Shown here piece after piece: positions 1 through 7,862 of a stretch of DNA of 64,000 nucleotides; within the stretch, counting starts at the first letter, position 1, and each line of letters starts with the position of its first letter. The stretch comes from Candidatus Eiseniibacteriota bacterium (GTDB lineage: Bacteria > Orphanbacterota > Orphanbacteria > Orphanbacterales > Orphanbacteraceae): positions 266,381 to 330,380 of the forward strand of contig JAJCZU010000008.1 in NCBI GenBank assembly GCA_029262235.1, read 5' to 3'. The translations under genes and the position numbers were made by a program. The notes beneath the pieces are model-generated. The model was given only the letters and a program-made list of their open reading frames with translations. It ran no database searches and was not told the origin of the DNA.

Positions 1-617
1 ACGGTCACCGCCGGAATCGAAGCCTTGAGCGACACGACCACATCGTGAAAGTCGAGACGCTCGCACACTTCCAGATACTCGATCGCCGACTGCACCATGC
101 CGTTCGGCGTATCGCCGTACTCGGCCGTCATGCGTCCGCTGAGCGAGCCGTGATTGACGCCCACGCGAAGTGCCGCCCCGTTCGCCTTCAGCTTCTCGAC
201 GAGCGGGCCGAACTGCTCGCGAACCCGCGCTGCGCCCGTCTCGAAATCAGCCTCGTCCCGCGAACGCCCGCGCCCGGGCCTGTCGAAATAGTTGCCCGGA
301 TTCACGCGCACCTTCTCCATGATGTCGGCTGCGAGCATCGCCGCGTTCGGCGTGTAATGAATGTCCGCCACGAGCGGAACGTCCACACCCGCCTCGCGCA
401 CGCGCCGGTGAATCTCCCGGCACGATTCCGCCGCCTTCACCGACGGCACCGTAAGACGCACGATCTGCGCCCCCGCATTCGCCAGCGCGATCACCTCGTT
501 CACCGAAGCCGCGATGTCGTTCGTATCCGACACCGTCATCGACTGGATCACGATCGGATTGCCGCCCCCGACCAGAACCCCGCCGATACGTGCCGTGCGT
601 GTTTCTCTCCGTTTCAT
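1..617 (-). CDS. ispG: 4-hydroxy-3-methylbut-2-en-1-yl diphosphate synthase (3' part outside window)
   Basis: Hand translation from ATG at 617: MKRRETRTARIGGVLVGGGNPIVIQSMT...QIVRLTVP...VPLVADIHY...KVRVNPGN...RVGVNHGSLS. Absent from the ORF track because it runs off the window. Confidence 0.95.
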   Translation of the reverse strand, partial: MKRRETRTARIGGVLVGGGNPIVIQSMTVSDTNDIAASVNEVIALANAGAQIVRLTVPSVKAAESCREIHRRVREAGVDVPLVADIHYTPNAAMLAADIMEKVRVNPGNYFDRPGRGRSRDEADFETGAARVREQFGPLVEKLKANGAALRVGVNHGSLSGRMTAEYGDTPNGMVQSAIEYLEVCERLDFHDVVVSLKASIPAVT

Positions 618-623
618 AGCTAT

Positions 624-652
624 ATTGTGGGTCAGAGCCCCCTCCCGTTCAA
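624..652 (-). promoter_or_regulatory. sigma70-type promoter of ispG, probably leaderless
   Basis: TTGAAC-N17-CACAAT, then 6 nt, then ATG; no SD. Confidence 0.55.
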
Positions 653-691
653 CCCCGGGCGCCCCCCGGCCCCCAGCAACCCCCGTCCCGG

Positions 692-720
692 TTGCTTTCG
701 CCCCCCCGCCGCGCTACCTT
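692..720 (+). promoter_or_regulatory. sigma70-type promoter of the thioesterase gene
   Basis: TTGCTT-N17-TACCTT. Confidence 0.4.
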
Positions 721-759
721 CTGGAGGTTCCGGGCGATTCCCGGACGAAAGGAGCACCC

Positions 760-1173
760 TTGGCCGAACCGAAGAAAACCCCGCTCGCGATCTCCGACGG
801 CTCCAAACCGCGCGATCCCGCGATCCGCGTTTCGCTGCTGCCCCGCGACACGAACGGCTACGGCACGATCTTCGGCGGCATCATGCTCTCCTACATCGAT
901 CAGGCCGGCGCCGTCGCCGCCAAGCGCGTCACCGACCACATCATCGTGACCGTCAGCATGAAAGAAGTCATCTTCAAGAAGCCCGTGTACGTCGCCGACC
1001 TCATTTCGTTCTACGCCTGCGTCACGAAAATCGGCCGCACTTCCATTACCACCAAAGTCTGGGTCGAAGCCGAACGCTCCGTGCTGCCGCGCGAAACCGT
1101 CCCCGTCACCGAGGCCGAGGTCGTGTTCGTATGCGTCGACAAGAACGGCAACACGATTCCCGTGGAGAGCTAG
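760..1173 (+). CDS. acyl-CoA thioesterase, hotdog fold (YciA-like)
   Basis: PRDTNGYGTIFGG..LSYIDQAG motif; GGAG SD before TTG at 760. Confidence 0.9.
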   Translation: MAEPKKTPLAISDGSKPRDPAIRVSLLPRDTNGYGTIFGGIMLSYIDQAGAVAAKRVTDHIIVTVSMKEVIFKKPVYVADLISFYACVTKIGRTSITTKVWVEAERSVLPRETVPVTEAEVVFVCVDKNGNTIPVES

Positions 1174-1334
1174 TCGCACGCCCTCGCCCCTGCCCCCGCC
1201 CGTGTCGGATTGACGCGCCCGGCCGTGTCACGGCTACCACATCCCGTTCCCCGCGCTGAATCCCGCACACAACCCCCTTCGCACAACTCCTTCTGAACAG
1301 ATCGTTTATCCGTCTTTGCCCCGCTTTGACGGCT

Positions 1335-1352
1335 CCGGCATACCCCTTGCGT
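1335..1352 (+). promoter_or_regulatory. sigma54 (-24/-12) promoter candidate
   Basis: CCGGCATACCCCTTGCGT = GG-N10-GC, about 40 nt before the SD/ATG. Confidence 0.6.
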
Positions 1353-1393
1353 ATATCAAGGGCAGGAAGTGCTCGCTCACACGGGAGGTATTG

Positions 1394-2683
1394 ATGAAAA
1401 CGACAGCAACCGCATGGAATCTCGCCCTGGTGGGCCTTGTGGCCGCGGTCTGCATGGCCCTCGCGGCGCCCCTCGTCCGGGCCGATGGTTACGTTCGGAT
1501 CGAGGCGGACAGCGACGGCCGGTACAACGTCGGCGTCGGGTATTCCAGCGACAACAACGACTATTATGATGACGGCGCCTGGTACGAAGACGAACTCGCG
1601 CCCTACGGGCGTTGGCGCTACATCGAATCGCTGCAGACCGAGATGTGGTTCCCGTACGTCGACGAAACCTGGCGTCCGTACACCGACGGCCACTGGATCA
1701 ACACGAAACACGGCTGGACGTGGGTCGCCTACGAACCGTGGGGAGACACTCCGCATCACTTCGGGCGCTGGGTCTATCTGAAGCGCGCCGGATGGGGCTG
1801 GGTCCCCGGCGATGAATGGGGTCCCGCGTGGGTCACCTGGGGCGTTGCCGACGGCCATATCGGATGGGCTCCGATCCCGCCCGCCAACTGGGTCTATCAC
1901 GACCGGTTCGACTACGCCTACTCAGGCAACGTCAGCTACGGCTACGGCGGCGACTTCGGCTATCACCGCAGTGGCCTCGACTTCAACTTGTGGGTGTTCG
2001 TCTCGAACGGACGCTTCTACGACTCCCACGTGCGACTGAACCTGGTTTCCGCCGGCAGCTGTGCCGGATGGTTCCAGACACGTCGCGTGCTGCCCATCGG
2101 GCCGCGGCTCCACTCGCACTACGTGAGCCGTTATTGCGCGGCACCGATTCGCACCGTTGTTCTCGATCGTCACAATCATAGCTACGGCAATCACAAGATC
2201 GCGTACTACAAGCCGCACGGCCAGACGCAGAAGATCAAGGAACGCGGCCGCTACGGTGTGTACACGAAACGGCAGCCTGTCTATCGCGCCCAGTCCAAGC
2301 GAAGCGCAGACAATAGCCGCAGCGCCAAGATCGTGCCGAAGTCGAACGTGACCAATCGTTCGAACAAAGCAAACGCGCAATCAACGCGCTACAAGTCGAG
2401 CGATACGAGATCCACGCCATCGAAGTCGCAGGTCACGCGCTCGCAACAGCGATCCGCACCCGACAAGGCGCAGGTCACGCGCTCGCAGAAGCGATCCGCG
2501 CCCGACAAATCACAGGTCACGCGTTCGCAGAAACGATCCGCGCCCGACAAATCGCAGGTCACGCGTTCGCAGAAACGATCCGCGCCGTCCAAGACGACCG
2601 TTGCCGAGCGCTCCTCCTCGCGCGACATCAGCGACAAGCGCTCCGCGCCCTCTCGCTCACGCGACACCAAAAAACGCCGCTGA
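1394..2683 (+). CDS. secreted DUF6600-like W/G/Y-rich protein with basic Ser/Arg/Lys repeat tail
   Basis: Signal peptide; LAPYGRW, WRPYTDGHW, GWTWV..EPWG, HFGRW, WGPAWV, IGWAP motifs; GGAGG SD. Confidence 0.8.
   Translation: MKTTATAWNLALVGLVAAVCMALAAPLVRADGYVRIEADSDGRYNVGVGYSSDNNDYYDDGAWYEDELAPYGRWRYIESLQTEMWFPYVDETWRPYTDGHWINTKHGWTWVAYEPWGDTPHHFGRWVYLKRAGWGWVPGDEWGPAWVTWGVADGHIGWAPIPPANWVYHDRFDYAYSGNVSYGYGGDFGYHRSGLDFNLWVFVSNGRFYDSHVRLNLVSAGSCAGWFQTRRVLPIGPRLHSHYVSRYCAAPIRTVVLDRHNHSYGNHKIAYYKPHGQTQKIKERGRYGVYTKRQPVYRAQSKRSADNSRSAKIVPKSNVTNRSNKANAQSTRYKSSDTRSTPSKSQVTRSQQRSAPDKAQVTRSQKRSAPDKSQVTRSQKRSAPDKSQVTRSQKRSAPSKTTVAERSSSRDISDKRSAPSRSRDTKKRR
2423..2590 (+). repeat. four in-frame 42-bp tandem repeats (KSQVTRSQKRSAPD)
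   Basis: Directly visible in DNA and protein. Confidence 0.95.
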
Positions 2684-2687
2684 TAAA

Positions 2688-2725
2688 AAGGGCGGTCCCT
2701 CGGGACCGCCCTTCCTTCTCTTTCC
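2688..2725 (+). terminator. intrinsic terminator hairpin
   Basis: AAGGGCGGTCCC-TC-GGGACCGCCCTT right after the stop, followed by a pyrimidine run; the A-run before it would allow bidirectional use. Confidence 0.8.
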
Positions 2726-2781
2726 GCTCTTTCTCTTCTCTTCTCTTCCCGCCGCCCTCTTTTCCAACCCTATCTTCGAGC

Positions 2782-2900
2782 AGAGATGAAACAAGCGGTG
2801 GAGAAATCGGTTCTCGGATCGGCGAGGCCTCTTTACTTGGCCATTTGGCCAGGCCGAGCCGTCGAGAGAACTGATTTCTCCAAACGCTCCGTTCTTCTCT
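2782..2900 (+). repeat. structured intergenic element B, copy 1
   Basis: Rod-like hairpin GGAGAAATCGGTTCTC/GAGAACTGATTTCTCC around the 20-nt core TACTTGGCCATTTGGCCAGG, identical at 32466-32485. Confidence 0.75.
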
Positions 2901-2919
2901 TCTCCTATCCCCTCTTATC

Positions 2920-3816
2920 CTACTCCCCTTCCATCTTAAACAAATCCGTACTGAAGTACCGCTCCCCGCGATCGCAAACCAGCGTGACCACGTTCCCGCG
3001 GTCGATTCGCTCGGCAACCTTGCGCGCGGCGTAGAGGTTCGCGCCGGTCGAGATGCCGGCGATGATGCCTTCCTTGCGCGCGATGAGTTTGCCGTTCGCG
3101 ATCGCGTCTTCGTCCGTGACTTCGAACGTTTCTTCGATCCGGGCGCGATCGTAAATCGGCGGCTGGTATCCTTCGGAGCTGTGCTTGAGTCCGTCGATGC
3201 GGCTCCCCTGGCCCGCGGGCTCCACTGCGTACACTTTCGCGTCTACGCCGGCCTGTTCGAACGCGCGGCTCACTCCCATGAGACAACCGCCGGTACCGAA
3301 TCCGCTCACGAACGCCGCCACGTCACCCTTCAGGTCGCGCACGATCTCGGCGCCGGTTCCGATGCAGTGCGCGTTCACGTTGTCTTCGTTTTCGTTCTGA
3401 TCGATATAGAAATATTTCTCCGGATCGGCCGCCGCGAGTTCCTTGGCGCCGTAAATATGGCTGTCCGGATTGTCTTTCGTCGTAAGGCAGAGTTCGGCTC
3501 CCCAGAACGCGAGCATCTTCCTGCGCTCGATCGTTTTGCGCTCCGACATGAAGAACCGGAGCTTGTAGCCCTTCGCGGCGCACACCATCCCGAGTGCGAT
3601 GCCGGTGTTACCACTCGTCGCTTCGATGATCGTCATGCCCGGTTTCAGACGGCCCGACTTCTCGGCCTCTTCGATCATGTGAAGCGCGATGCGATCTTTG
3701 AGCGACCCGCTGGGATTGCAGAATTCGAGCTTCGCCCAGATCCGCACAGCGGGATTCGGGCTCTGGCTTTTCAGTTCGATCAGTGGCGTATTGCCGATGC
3801 ACTGCAGAATGCTCAT
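2920..3816 (-). CDS. PLP-dependent cysteine synthase (CysK/CysM family)
   Basis: IGNTPL, NPSGSLKDR (PLP Lys), EATSGNTG, GFGTGG, CDRGERYFST. Confidence 0.92.
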   Translation of the reverse strand: MSILQCIGNTPLIELKSQSPNPAVRIWAKLEFCNPSGSLKDRIALHMIEEAEKSGRLKPGMTIIEATSGNTGIALGMVCAAKGYKLRFFMSERKTIERRKMLAFWGAELCLTTKDNPDSHIYGAKELAAADPEKYFYIDQNENEDNVNAHCIGTGAEIVRDLKGDVAAFVSGFGTGGCLMGVSRAFEQAGVDAKVYAVEPAGQGSRIDGLKHSSEGYQPPIYDRARIEETFEVTDEDAIANGKLIARKEGIIAGISTGANLYAARKVAERIDRGNVVTLVCDRGERYFSTDLFKMEGE

Positions 3817-3999
3817 GACTTCCTCTTTGGCACGTTCGTTCCCTTCGCCCGGCGCTGAATCTCTCATACTGGCATAAATTGCCCGATCCCGCTACAGGGG
3901 GAGAAAAGGAGTGGCAGATCGCCGTGGCATCTTGCACACTGACGGTGCGCGCTCACGCGAAGACCACATAAATGGCCATATAATTGAGGGAGTTGATAT

Positions 4000-4713
4000 A
4001 TGCGTATCGGATTCATAGTGCTTTGTATCGCGATGTTCGGGCTCGGGGCGGGCTGCACGTCGACCGAAATCGCCCAGACGCTGGAAACGATCACGGGCGG
4101 CAGCGATGAGGGGACTGTTGCCGCGGGCCTGAAAGAGGCGCTGCGGGTCGGGACCGGCCGCACCGTGACGCGGACCAATATCGAAAACGGCTACTTCGGG
4201 AACCCGCTCATTCGGATCGGCATTCCGGCGGATCTCGAGAAGGTGGCTTCCACGCTCCGGACGATCGGCCTCGGCTCGCACGTCGACGAACTCGAACTCG
4301 CGATGAACCGCGCCGCGGAGAAAGCGGCGGGCGAGGCAACGGACGTTTTCGTGTCAGCGATCACGAAGATGACGCTGCAGGACGCGCTCGGCATATTGAA
4401 CGGGAACGAAACGGCGGCTACGGATTACTTCTACGGGAAAACCGCGGACGAGCTGCGCGAACGGTTTCATCCGATTGTCGTAGAGAAGATGAGCGAGGTG
4501 GGCGTCTACAACGTGTACGACCGTGCAATCAAAGCATACGAAGCGCTGCCGCTCGTTTCGAAGCCGTCGCTCGACCTCGAAGGCTACGTGACCGAGCGCA
4601 GCCTGGGCGGACTCTTCACGGTGCTCGGCGAGGAAGAAACGCGCATTCGCGAAGATCCCGCGGCGCGAACGACAGATCTGCTGCGCGAAGTGTTCGGCTC
4701 GCGGGCGGGCTGA
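4000..4713 (+). CDS. DUF4197-family lipoprotein
   Basis: Lipobox LGAGC; GLKEAL..G, MNRAAE.A, AATDYF, IREDPAARTT.LL..VFG. Confidence 0.88.
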   Translation: MRIGFIVLCIAMFGLGAGCTSTEIAQTLETITGGSDEGTVAAGLKEALRVGTGRTVTRTNIENGYFGNPLIRIGIPADLEKVASTLRTIGLGSHVDELELAMNRAAEKAAGEATDVFVSAITKMTLQDALGILNGNETAATDYFYGKTADELRERFHPIVVEKMSEVGVYNVYDRAIKAYEALPLVSKPSLDLEGYVTERSLGGLFTVLGEEETRIREDPAARTTDLLREVFGSRAG

Positions 4714-4733
4714 TCGCAGGGGGTTGCGGGCTG

Positions 4734-4779
4734 GGCGCGAATTCGCCTATTTTGGCGCGACTTCGCCTATTTTGGCGCG
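4734..4779. repeat. 20-bp tandem duplication spanning the hydroxylase stop codon
   Basis: GGCGCGA(A/C)TTCGCCTATTTT x2 plus GGCGCG. Confidence 0.85.
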
Positions 4780-5597
4780 GGGTCCTTCCACCAGTCGCTC
4801 GACTGAAGCGCGGCACGCCGGTCGAGCGCGCGCCTTCGAATTCGCTTCGCGCTCCCTGACGTGCTCAGATATTGCGCGACGCCCGCGATTTCCGCCTTCG
4901 AGAGCTCGGGATGCCAGAAGTCGAAGACGAGCACGACCCGGGTCGCGCTGCCGCGATTCCAGGCGGAGTGATAGTACGAGTCGTCGAAGACGAGGCACTC
5001 GCCCTCTTTCGATGTACGCGCCTCCCCGTTCACTTCCAGAGCACAGCTCCCCGGCACCTCCACACCGAAATGGGCGCGGAGCCGCGTATTCGTCGGTCCG
5101 TAATGCGGCGCGATCATGGCGCCGGGCTGAAGCGCGCTGAAATACGCGTTCCCCGGCGAGCCTTCGGGAAGAATGCTGTCCAGAATCGCCGCTGTCTCCG
5201 GGCAGAGGTCGCAGTTCCTGTGCAGCCTGGCCCCGGCCCCGTAAAAGTAGAAGACGTTCCAGTCGGCCGCTTTCTGCGTAAGCAGCTTGTCGTGGTGCTG
5301 GAATCCGCCCGCATTCCGAAGGGCGCGCAGCTCGCGCCGAATCTTCGAATGGGCGTCCTTGAGCCGTGGGTGCCATGGGAATTGATCGGGATCGTGCCAC
5401 GGGGTGGCCGTGAGGCCGGGAAAATAACTGGCCGGGCGCTGATGAGGATCCGCAAACAGAGGTTCGGTGGCGGAGACGCCGTTGCGGACAAAGCTCCGCA
5501 GCCTCTCCTCGCTCGCAGGATCGACTCCCACACTTCTCAGGCTCCGCTTTACGTTCTGCCAGAGATACGCGGCTTTGATTTCGCCGATAATGCTCAT
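4767..5597 (-). CDS. aspartyl/asparaginyl beta-hydroxylase family 2OG-Fe(II) oxygenase
   Basis: YFPGL...PWHD, CPETA, FSALQPGA.IAPHYGPTN.RLRAH, VFDDSYYHSAWN, RVVLVFDFWHP. Confidence 0.9.
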   Translation of the reverse strand: MSIIGEIKAAYLWQNVKRSLRSVGVDPASEERLRSFVRNGVSATEPLFADPHQRPASYFPGLTATPWHDPDQFPWHPRLKDAHSKIRRELRALRNAGGFQHHDKLLTQKAADWNVFYFYGAGARLHRNCDLCPETAAILDSILPEGSPGNAYFSALQPGAMIAPHYGPTNTRLRAHFGVEVPGSCALEVNGEARTSKEGECLVFDDSYYHSAWNRGSATRVVLVFDFWHPELSKAEIAGVAQYLSTSGSAKRIRRRALDRRAALQSSDWWKDPAPK

Positions 5598-5811
5598 ACC
5601 TGACCCCGGGGGCAATGCATTTCCCGCGTAGCTCCAGGCGCCACGCAACCGTACAGAAACATCGACATGAGGCCGCGCTCGATCTCTACGGTGTCATGCA
5701 TTCGGGCAGGCAACCTTACTTGAATGCTAACTCCTTGGGAGGGACGATTGCAAACAATACGCGCGTGGCTTCCATAAGTGACCGGAGCGCGCACGGCCAC
5801 GGGGGGAGAAC

Positions 5812-6915
5812 TCATCCGAAAAGGGCCATGAGCTCTTCTTCGTCGAGCGGCTTCTCACGCGTGACGGCCATGTTTTCGGCCACGTGAAACGGGTCGCTCA
5901 TGCCGACCAAAACGGTGTGAATCCCGGGGATGGACCGGGCGAACTGAAGCGCGCGCGCCGCGTGCGTGTCATAGCCCTTCATACCCGCCGTGAGGAACGC
6001 CGGGAACGCTTTCAGCAGGCGCCCCTGAAGCAGCGGGGCACTCGTGGCGCACAGCAGGTTCTCCGACGCGATCGCTTCGAATGCCGAAACGAGCCCCCCC
6101 TCACGAGGCTGCCCGTTCAGCGCGAATCCTTCCATCATCGCCGGATTGAACGGAAGCTGTACGCCGGCGAAGTGATGGGAACCGCCCGCAACACGCTCGG
6201 CCTGCTCGAGCAGATCCTCGAGCGCCACGTGCTGGCGCGCGGCGGGGGCTACGCGAAACGCATCCCAGCTCGAAACACCGTACGACCGGATCGCGCCCTC
6301 CTCGACGCACTCTTCCATCACGTCGAACGCGGCCCGCATGCGCGCTAAAAAATCGTCTTTCGCGAGCACCGCGGCCTGCACCTCGGGATTGTGCAGGTAG
6401 TAGAGGTCGATGCAGTCGACGCCGAGATTCGCGCGACTCCGTTCGACCTGATCGCGAAGAAAGCGGCGACCAAGGCAGTGGGTACCCCCGGCCAGTTCGC
6501 TCTTCTTCACGAGCCCGGAGTCGAGATAGCGGCGTTTGAAGTAGGCGTCGGTGTCGGGAGGGGGCTCGTCTTCGAACGGGAGATAGCCGCCCTTCGTCGC
6601 GAGGAAGATCTCGTCGCGGGTCACGACCGCCTCTTCGATCAGCTTCGCCAGCGCCCGACCGACCGCGCGCTCGCTTCGCATGCAGCGGTAGTTGATCGCA
6701 GTGTCGATATGGTTGGCGCCGGAACGGACCGCTTCGAGAATCGCGGCTTCGTAGCGTGCGTCGGTTTCGTCGTCGGGATCGCCGAGGTAGGTTCCGATGC
6801 CGATCGAGGAGATCCGAAGGTCGCGCCACGTGCGGTAGTGGCCCGTCGCCGTGCGGCCGCCGAAGCGTTCGGCATAACGGGCGGTGCCTTGCGGCGTGGC
6901 GTAGGGGGTTGTCAT
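5812..6915 (-). CDS. aldo/keto reductase
   Basis: SSIGIGTYLG, IDTAINYR..RSE, LATKGG, IDLYYLHNP, PLLQG, LVGMS...HV.EN. Confidence 0.92.
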   Translation of the reverse strand: MTTPYATPQGTARYAERFGGRTATGHYRTWRDLRISSIGIGTYLGDPDDETDARYEAAILEAVRSGANHIDTAINYRCMRSERAVGRALAKLIEEAVVTRDEIFLATKGGYLPFEDEPPPDTDAYFKRRYLDSGLVKKSELAGGTHCLGRRFLRDQVERSRANLGVDCIDLYYLHNPEVQAAVLAKDDFLARMRAAFDVMEECVEEGAIRSYGVSSWDAFRVAPAARQHVALEDLLEQAERVAGGSHHFAGVQLPFNPAMMEGFALNGQPREGGLVSAFEAIASENLLCATSAPLLQGRLLKAFPAFLTAGMKGYDTHAARALQFARSIPGIHTVLVGMSDPFHVAENMAVTREKPLDEEELMALFG

Positions 6916-6927
6916 GACGCGTTTACG

Positions 6928-7860
6928 CTAGCAGCCGCTTTCATCGGGCGCAAGCGAATCCCCGGTGGCGGGGGGCGCGGTCGTCTCCGCGCTCGCAGCC
7001 GGTTTCGCAGCCGCGCTCGCCTTCGCGTTCGCGTTCTGCTTGGAACCGATGATCGGGCCCCGGATCCGCTGCGCGATCGAATGAAACGTATTCACGTCTT
7101 CTTCGCGGAGTTCGGCGCGCTGCAGGATCATACGCAGATTGCGCATGACGGAGCGAAGGCGCCGGCCGTCGAGCGACGCGGCGAGAAGCGACTTCTCCAT
7201 GTTCTCGTACATGCACTCGAGCTCGGCGGCGGTCGCGCGATCGAGCGTTCCGTCGTCGGCGCCCGCAACGCGCGATGCGTCCGACGCGCCCGGCGCCCCC
7301 GCATCATCGGATGCGCCCGGCGCCCCCGCCACAACATGGTTCGGCATGCCCAGAAGGCCCATGGTCGATTCGTACGCCATCACCATCACGGCCTGCGAAA
7401 GATTCATGGATGGATAGTCGGTCGGGCTCGGTGCGGTGACGATCCAGCGGGCGCGCAGAATGTCGTCGTTCGAAAGGCCGGTCTTTTCGGGGCCGAACAG
7501 AATCGCGATGCGTTCCTGCGAGGAGGATGAGGAGAGGCGTCCGGACCATTCGCGCGGGGTGAGAACGGCGGGCTGATCGCGGCGCGTCCTTCGCGTTGTC
7601 GCCACGACCAGAGTGCGGTCGGCGATCGCGTCGTCGAGCGTGTCGTGTACGGTGAGTTCGTCCAGGATCTCTTCGGCGCCGTGGCCCATCGCGATGCAGT
7701 GATCGGTCTTCCACGGTTTGCGCGGAGCGACGAGCGCAAGATCACGAAAACCCATCGTCTTGATCGCGCGCGCTGACGAACCGATGTTGCCCGGCTCCGT
7801 CGTGCCGATCAGAACGAAGCGAACCGAGTCGAACGAGCCCTGGTTCGCGCCGGCGGACAT
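6928..7860 (-). CDS. trmJ: TrmJ/TrmH-family SPOUT tRNA methyltransferase
   Basis: PGNIGSSARA.K.MG, ILFGPEKTGLSN, YPSMNLSQAV..MAYE. Confidence 0.85.
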   Translation of the reverse strand: MSAGANQGSFDSVRFVLIGTTEPGNIGSSARAIKTMGFRDLALVAPRKPWKTDHCIAMGHGAEEILDELTVHDTLDDAIADRTLVVATTRRTRRDQPAVLTPREWSGRLSSSSSQERIAILFGPEKTGLSNDDILRARWIVTAPSPTDYPSMNLSQAVMVMAYESTMGLLGMPNHVVAGAPGASDDAGAPGASDASRVAGADDGTLDRATAAELECMYENMEKSLLAASLDGRRLRSVMRNLRMILQRAELREEDVNTFHSIAQRIRGPIIGSKQNANAKASAAAKPAASAETTAPPATGDSLAPDESGC

Positions 7861-7862
7861 CT

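Noticed and set aside
45-1259. Long alternative-frame ORFs (e.g. 45..1259, 7896..10364, 41346..43301, 45856..48132)
   Set aside because: Shadow ORFs of well-supported genes in GC-rich DNA; Arg/Ala-rich with no motifs.
1254-1300. CGCTGAATCC resembling the c-di-AMP (ydaO) riboswitch 5' end
   Set aside because: The downstream GGGGA and GUCAGCUAAC elements are absent.
2423-2590. Regular repeats as a possible CRISPR array
   Set aside because: No unique spacers; in-frame coding repeats; no cas genes.
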